64,000 bases of DNA from assembly GCA_020635285.1 (NCBI GenBank), contig JACKAB010000007.1:385120-449119 (forward strand), in the 5' to 3' direction. Position 1 is the stretch's first letter. Every line of letters begins with the position of its first letter. The translations under genes were made by a program, and so were the position numbers. The notes below the pieces were generated by a model that did not search any database, was not told the DNA's origin, and was given only the letters and a program-made list of their open reading frames with translations. The DNA is from Ignavibacteriales bacterium (GTDB lineage: Bacteria; Bacteroidota; Ignavibacteria; Ignavibacteriales; Melioribacteraceae). This document shows, piece by piece, positions 59,450-64,000 of this stretch.

Positions 59450-59669
59450 TTTTGCTTCTCCTTTTGTTAGTTGGATGGATTTATTTTCAGGAATGGATGA
59501 ATTTTACAGACTTAACAATTAAATGCGGATAGTTTTTTTAATCCTTCAAATTAATTCGGAGCTTTTATTTTTATTAATATAAGATTTGAAATTTTTATTT
59601 CATTGTATAAAAGGGACTTTAAACTGTATAGAAGGGACATTTTACAGCAGAATGAAAAAAATAATTCTT

Positions 59670-61133
59670 TTAGAATAATTTTATAATGTTACCAATATCA
59701 GAGTTATCAATATAATCTCCGTAAACGGGATCTGTTCCTTTAATATTTTCTATGAATAATTGACTACCCTTACCTTTTGCATAAAAAGGAACAAGCGAAT
59801 TAGTATGATGAGAACTGAACCATTCCACCTCAGGCATTTGACCTTTACCTTTTCCAATAAGGGGCTTCCATTTTTTATAATTATTCTGCGTATTCTGTCT
59901 GTTAGAATTTGGTCCAAGAAGATAGCCGGTTTCATGATCTGCCGTAACTATAATTAAAGTTTCATCCCAGCTGCTATTTTCTTCTACCCAATTACACGCA
60001 GCTTCTACAGCTAAATTAAAATCGATTTGTTCTTCAATTGTTCGGCTTAAATTATTATCATGTGCGGCCCAATCTACAGCACCTCCTTCAGACATCAGAA
60101 AAAAACCTTTTGGATTTTCATCAAGGACATTTATTGCAGCTAATGTCATTTCTTTTAATGTTGGAATTGTTTGAATGAAGGGGACTGAAAATGGAGTCCA
60201 TTTTTCATTGGTTGTATCTCTTTCTACTTGAGTGGCTTGACCACTTTTAAAAACTCCTATTAATCTTTTGGGAGTTTCCCCGTTCATAAATTCTTGAAAG
60301 GATTCTCTATCTTGGATTAATGTCCATTCATCAAATACACCATCACCGTCTGCATCATTTCCGGCAGTTCCTTTACTTAACATATCCCAAGTATCTTTTC
60401 CTCCAACATATCTGTATTTTGATTCTGGAAGTAATTTGCCTTCTTCATCGATTATAGGTTTACCACCATTATTCATGTCCCATATTTCTTTAGATCCTAT
60501 ATATCGCTCGCTAAATTCACTTACTAGTTTTCCAGCAGCAGTATAAAATGGATGTCCACCACCCATAATTACATCAACTTTACTTTTTAAAATCATCTCC
60601 TCAGCAATCTCTTTATAGTTTTGACGACTCTTATTATGTGCTACAAATGCAGCCGGAGTGGCATTGCTAAATGGCACCGTTGAAATTACACCTGTTGATT
60701 TTCCTTGTTTTTCAAACTTATCAATAATTGTTTCCATAGGATTATTTAAAGTATCGACTGATAAAACACCCTTATCAGTTTTTTTGCCTGTAGCAATTGC
60801 AGATCCTGAAGCCGCAGAATCAGTTGGTCTTTTAATCACCCAACTGAAATCTGTCCATGCAGAATCCGGATCATATTTCAAACCTTTTGTGTAATATGTT
60901 GACATTGCCAGTCTTACAGGAAATTTCTCATATATTTGTTCACCTGTTTTACCAAATTGGTAGTAACTTGCTATATCAACATGATTAAAACCGCATCCAT
61001 CACTGATAAATAAAATTACATTTTTGGGCTTTTGTTGTTTTGCTATTTGTTCTAATTCCTTTGAGGTGCAGCAGTTTTGTAAAACTACTGTGAGAAGTGC
61101 GAGTTTAATAACGATACTAAATTTCTTTTTCAA
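59670..61133 (-). CDS. alkaline phosphatase (PhoA family), secreted
   Basis: ILFISDGCGFNH (metal-binding Asp), TDSAASGSAIATGKKT (active-site Ser motif D-S-A-A-S), ADHETG and HT..LVPFYAKG are present. Confidence 0.85.
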   Translation of the reverse strand: MKKKFSIVIKLALLTVVLQNCCTSKELEQIAKQQKPKNVILFISDGCGFNHVDIASYYQFGKTGEQIYEKFPVRLAMSTYYTKGLKYDPDSAWTDFSWVIKRPTDSAASGSAIATGKKTDKGVLSVDTLNNPMETIIDKFEKQGKSTGVISTVPFSNATPAAFVAHNKSRQNYKEIAEEMILKSKVDVIMGGGHPFYTAAGKLVSEFSERYIGSKEIWDMNNGGKPIIDEEGKLLPESKYRYVGGKDTWDMLSKGTAGNDADGDGVFDEWTLIQDRESFQEFMNGETPKRLIGVFKSGQATQVERDTTNEKWTPFSVPFIQTIPTLKEMTLAAINVLDENPKGFFLMSEGGAVDWAAHDNNLSRTIEEQIDFNLAVEAACNWVEENSSWDETLIIVTADHETGYLLGPNSNRQNTQNNYKKWKPLIGKGKGQMPEVEWFSSHHTNSLVPFYAKGKGSQLFIENIKGTDPVYGDYIDNSDIGNIIKLF

Positions 61134-61458
61134 CTAATCTCTCCAAATGATTTAGCAAAATGAACAAATCTGGAAAGCACAGAAAGATTCTTTTTGTAGA
61201 TTACTGTGCAATAACCTAAATAGTATTCTTTTATAGATTTAAAATAGACAATATATATAAAGAAATAAAGATCGATATATCATATATAGTGTATGTATGG
61301 ACGTTGGTTTTATGATAGTTAAGTAGACTTAGTTTCAATTTATTGAATAGTTAGTTCTGTTAGGCTCTGCATAGCTATTGACAAATCGTTAAACATATCT
61401 ATTAGAATGTTTTTGGCAGAGCCCAATTGATATTCTATAATTCTTTATAGAGAAGAAT

Positions 61459-63486
61459 TTATTTTACAAGAACCATTTTTACAGTTTTATTAAATGTACC
61501 AGCAACCAATTTATAAAAATAAACTCCGCTAGGTTTAGTGCTTGAATCCCAAATAACTTCATAAGTCCTGGTTTTTGATTTTGGCTTACTAGTGTTTCAA
61601 CTTCGCCGCCAATAATATCGTAGACTTTAATGTTACATTCACATTGTCATCCCGAACCTGCCTGCCGGCAGGCATGGCTTGTTTCGGGATCTCATTATTT
61701 AAATGCTGAAATGAATTCAGCATGACTGATGGTGATGGTATTGAATATTTTATTGTTGTGCTTGGATTAAAGGGATTTGGATAATTTTGATGTAAAATAA
61801 AATCATCTGCAAGTGTTTCTTCATTATTAATATTTGTTGTTAAATTAAATGTAATGGGTACTTTAATTTCTTTTGAAAAAGTTGATTCTTTATTTTCCAA
61901 ATCATAAGAAGTTATTTTATAATAAGCGTAGCCGTAAGTATTCGCATTTGTTGCCATGCACTCAATTGAATCTGTATAAGAGCTGATTGAAACTGTATCA
62001 TATAATTTATAGTCTTGGTGATCAAATTTTTTATAGACTTTATAGTATTCAAAATCAGGCTCTAAGTTTTGTGACCAACTAAATTTTACTTGGCTACCTT
62101 TTATAAGTTCAATATTTCTGGGAGTTGATGGAGATGCATTCTCAGGATATTTTTGGTAAAAATCTACAACATAATGATCATCATTACATTCAACGATTTC
62201 AAGCCCGCAGTTACTGGTAGGCTTCGTATTTGGAACCCAATAATATCCGCATCTGGATTGTCTGCAATCCGACCAAGGATTTATTACTCTTATATTATTT
62301 TCACCGGGGAACATGAAGTGATTACAGTTGGAACAAAGGTTTCCGCATGAGTGCATCAGCATTACATAATTCCCGGTTAGTTTTCTCCAGATAAGAATCC
62401 CGTTATTTAATGAAACATTTTTTATGTGCGAATTATAATCCGGAATTAAATGATCTCCCAATTTCATTTTGGAATTGAAATTCCTATATTCAACTAAGAA
62501 AAAATCAAAAGAACAATTGTCCTGCAGTTTATAAATATCTGAATCGGTTAGGTTATATTTAATTTCTTTTTTAATCGATTCATTTATAATTTTCATAGAG
62601 TTCCAACCTAATACCCAACGGAAGTAAGGATTAATTGGGGCTGGGCATGATCCTTCAAGTCTAGGACCATTAAAACAACCCTTAGACATCAAACAAAAAT
62701 ATTCGTTATCGCAGCCATGTAAAAGATCTTTAAATCCTAAAAGATGGCAAAATTCATGTGCGTGAATACCTATATGTGAAAAATGTGAGACAGGATATGA
62801 AGAAGAATCATCTCGCTCTTCCAAATAAGGATAGCATGATGCAAATCTTTCGCCCATAATATACTCGTGTTCATCAGTGAATGCTTCCGGATTTAATGAA
62901 TTACTTTTTCCGCTGCGATATATATGTCCAGCATAAATTATAACAAGAAAAGTTTCATCATCTTTTGGATATCTAATCCTAATGATTTTGCTTTTTGTTT
63001 TGCTTCTGCTCTAAATTTTTTCCTCTCTCTGCATTGTAATATTCTTTTGTATTATCCAACATTATCCAATCCGGCACATTATCTTTATTTAAATCTTCAT
63101 TAAGAATATATCCGGTAAGCTCCAAATTTCCATCTGACATTATGCTGTAGTAATCTCTTAAGCTTCCAAATACTTCCTTTCCATCAGGTGAATACATGTT
63201 TGGTGAACAATATTTATTGACTGAAAAAACATATTATTAAAATCATTATAAGTATAAGCTGGTAAAGTAAGTGTAGATGGATATTGCGGATTTCTGTGTC
63301 TCACATCTTGGAATTCTACTAAGAGTACTTTTAAGGTAATGGTTTCATTTAAGATTTGTTTTATTTCGTTTGGATTTTTCTGATTTTTAACACCATTATC
63401 TTTGCTGTAGATATTATAATTTACAACAAGTGAGCAAAGAAAATGATGTTTAAAATTATTTTTAATTTATTATTTTGTTTCCTCAT
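61459..63486 (-). pseudogene. M6 (immune-inhibitor-A-like) metalloprotease with T9SS C-terminal domain; at least 4 frameshifts plus a repeat-element insertion
   Basis: ATG at 63486 gives MRKQNNKLKIILNIIFFAHLL. Fragments: FGSLRDYYSIMSDGNLELTG (62979..63197), AEAKQKAKSLGLDI in another frame, HAHEFCHLLGF (HExxH, 61589..62857), and NYPNPFNPSTTIKYSIPSPS. After the inserted element come NVTLKVYDIIGGEVETLVSQNQKPG.YEVIWDSSTKPSGVYFYKLVAGTFNKTVKMVLVK and a stop at 61459, which needs two more frame changes. Confidence 0.75.
61646..61727. repeat. bipartite hairpin repeat, copy 5, inserted inside the T9SS-domain coding region of the M6 protease gene
   Basis: The sequence is gtcatcccgaacctgcctgccggcaggcatggcttgtttcgggatc-tcattatttaa-atgctgaaatgaattcagcatgac. 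It is translated within the ORF as VMLNSFQHLNNEIPKQAMPAGRQVRDD, between ...YSIPSPS and NVTLK... Confidence 0.65.
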
Positions 63487-63572
63487 TTCCCCCTCCAAAT
63501 TTTTGTGGTATTTATTAATTAAAAAAGACGATCCCACCTTTGTGAAAAGTGGAACCGTCAGGGAGAGGGTAT

Positions 63573-64000
63573 TTATTTCCTAAAATCGCTTAACTTGTAG
63601 CCATTAAATTCTTTTTCTTCTGCAAGTTGAATTTCTTCAACCTCAACTTTACTTTTAATTTCATCAAGCATTATTCTGTTATAAAAAATTTGGCACATTC
63701 TACTTACTCTTTCGCTATCAGAAAATTTGATGGCTCTTTTTACTGCAAAGATTCCTCTGTCAGAATGAATTTTGCATAATGAGAGAGCAGCAATTATTTT
63801 CATTTCATCATTAGCACCGTTGTGGAATAAACTTAATAACGGAAGAATAGCTTTATCAGATTTGATCTCGCCAAGAAAGTATGCAGAACTAAATTTTAGA
63901 CCCTCATTGTCGGATGATAATCCGACTAAAAGATTTTCTTCAATTTGATCGTATGTGCATTTGGTATTTGTTTTTAGGGAATCTTCAGCGAATAAACTTG
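63573..64000 (-). CDS. HEAT-repeat (PBS-lyase HEAT-like) protein, C-terminal part; 5' end outside the window
   Basis: The reverse-strand frame is open from the window edge: ...SSAYFLGEIKSDKAILPLLSLFHNGANDEMKIIAALSLCKIHSDRGIFAVKRAI..., a HEAT_2-like repeat pattern. Confidence 0.5.
   Translation of the reverse strand, partial: SLFAEDSLKTNTKCTYDQIEENLLVGLSSDNEGLKFSSAYFLGEIKSDKAILPLLSLFHNGANDEMKIIAALSLCKIHSDRGIFAVKRAIKFSDSERVSRMCQIFYNRIMLDEIKSKVEVEEIQLAEEKEFNGYKLSDFRK

Noticed and set aside
61340-61420. Long-range inverted repeat ggctctgc...gcagagcc enclosing a TTGACA-like box downstream of the M6 protease gene, as a possible sRNA or promoter.
   Set aside because: It has an 8-bp stem with a ~45-nt loop, occurs once, and has no downstream plus-strand gene. 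Support is insufficient.

Overview
AT-rich bacterial chromosomal segment (roughly one-third G+C by eye) with about 50 genes. It most resembles an FCB-group, Ignavibacteria-like organism. That placement is an inference from four proteins ending in NYPNPFNPST-type T9SS sorting domains, a short 286-aa primary sigma factor, very large multihaem cytochromes, and GTCAT-type hairpin repeats. All domain calls come from motifs read in the translations; no database search was possible.

Layout, left to right:
- 1-7 kb: rnfC 5' end, a DDAH-like enzyme, MsrAB, a duplicated-module lipoprotein, an MtfA-like peptidase, and an OmpR-type two-component pair.
- 7.3-14.2 kb: one intact 2322-aa gene encoding a cNMP-binding domain, about 2000 aa of coiled coil, and a STAS domain.
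- 14.7-23.7 kb: a candidate extracellular-electron-transfer cluster. It holds a membrane protein, an Fe-S flavoprotein, a 20-haem cytochrome, a 46-haem cytochrome and an outer-membrane beta-barrel.
- 23.7-26.7 kb: PhzF-like protein, PLP decarboxylase, MarC.
- 26.7-33.4 kb: an uncharacterised three-gene minus-strand operon. Its two large ORFs look like one ~1940-aa protein joining an aminotransferase fold to a PEPCK/HprK-like P-loop domain.
- 33.8-42.4 kb: rpoD, then a trp operon (trpE-G-D-C-F, DAHP synthase, trpB-A) preceded by a Trp-rich leader peptide and terminator.
- 43.6-56.1 kb: an island of three secreted LTD-CotH proteins, two of them a recent tandem duplicate. They surround a tight HlyD-like/VTC/DUF4956 operon and are followed by PPK2.
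- 56-64 kb: DUF481-like OMP, Kv-type channel, GYD protein, beta-propeller, alkaline phosphatase, M6 protease, HEAT-repeat protein.

Two window-wide features stand out. A family of bipartite hairpin repeats occurs in five copies, one inside a CDS and one between the trp attenuator and trpE. There are also about 45 reading-frame breaks, mostly single-base and at homopolymer runs, in at least 14 genes; they are strongly clustered, while the four largest ORFs are intact. The breaks may be assembly artefacts, so every 'pseudogene' label is provisional.

The best candidates for an undescribed system are the CotH/VTC/DUF4956/HlyD/PPK2 island, the aminotransferase-PEPCK-like giant operon, and the cNMP-coiled-coil-STAS giant next to the cytochrome cluster.
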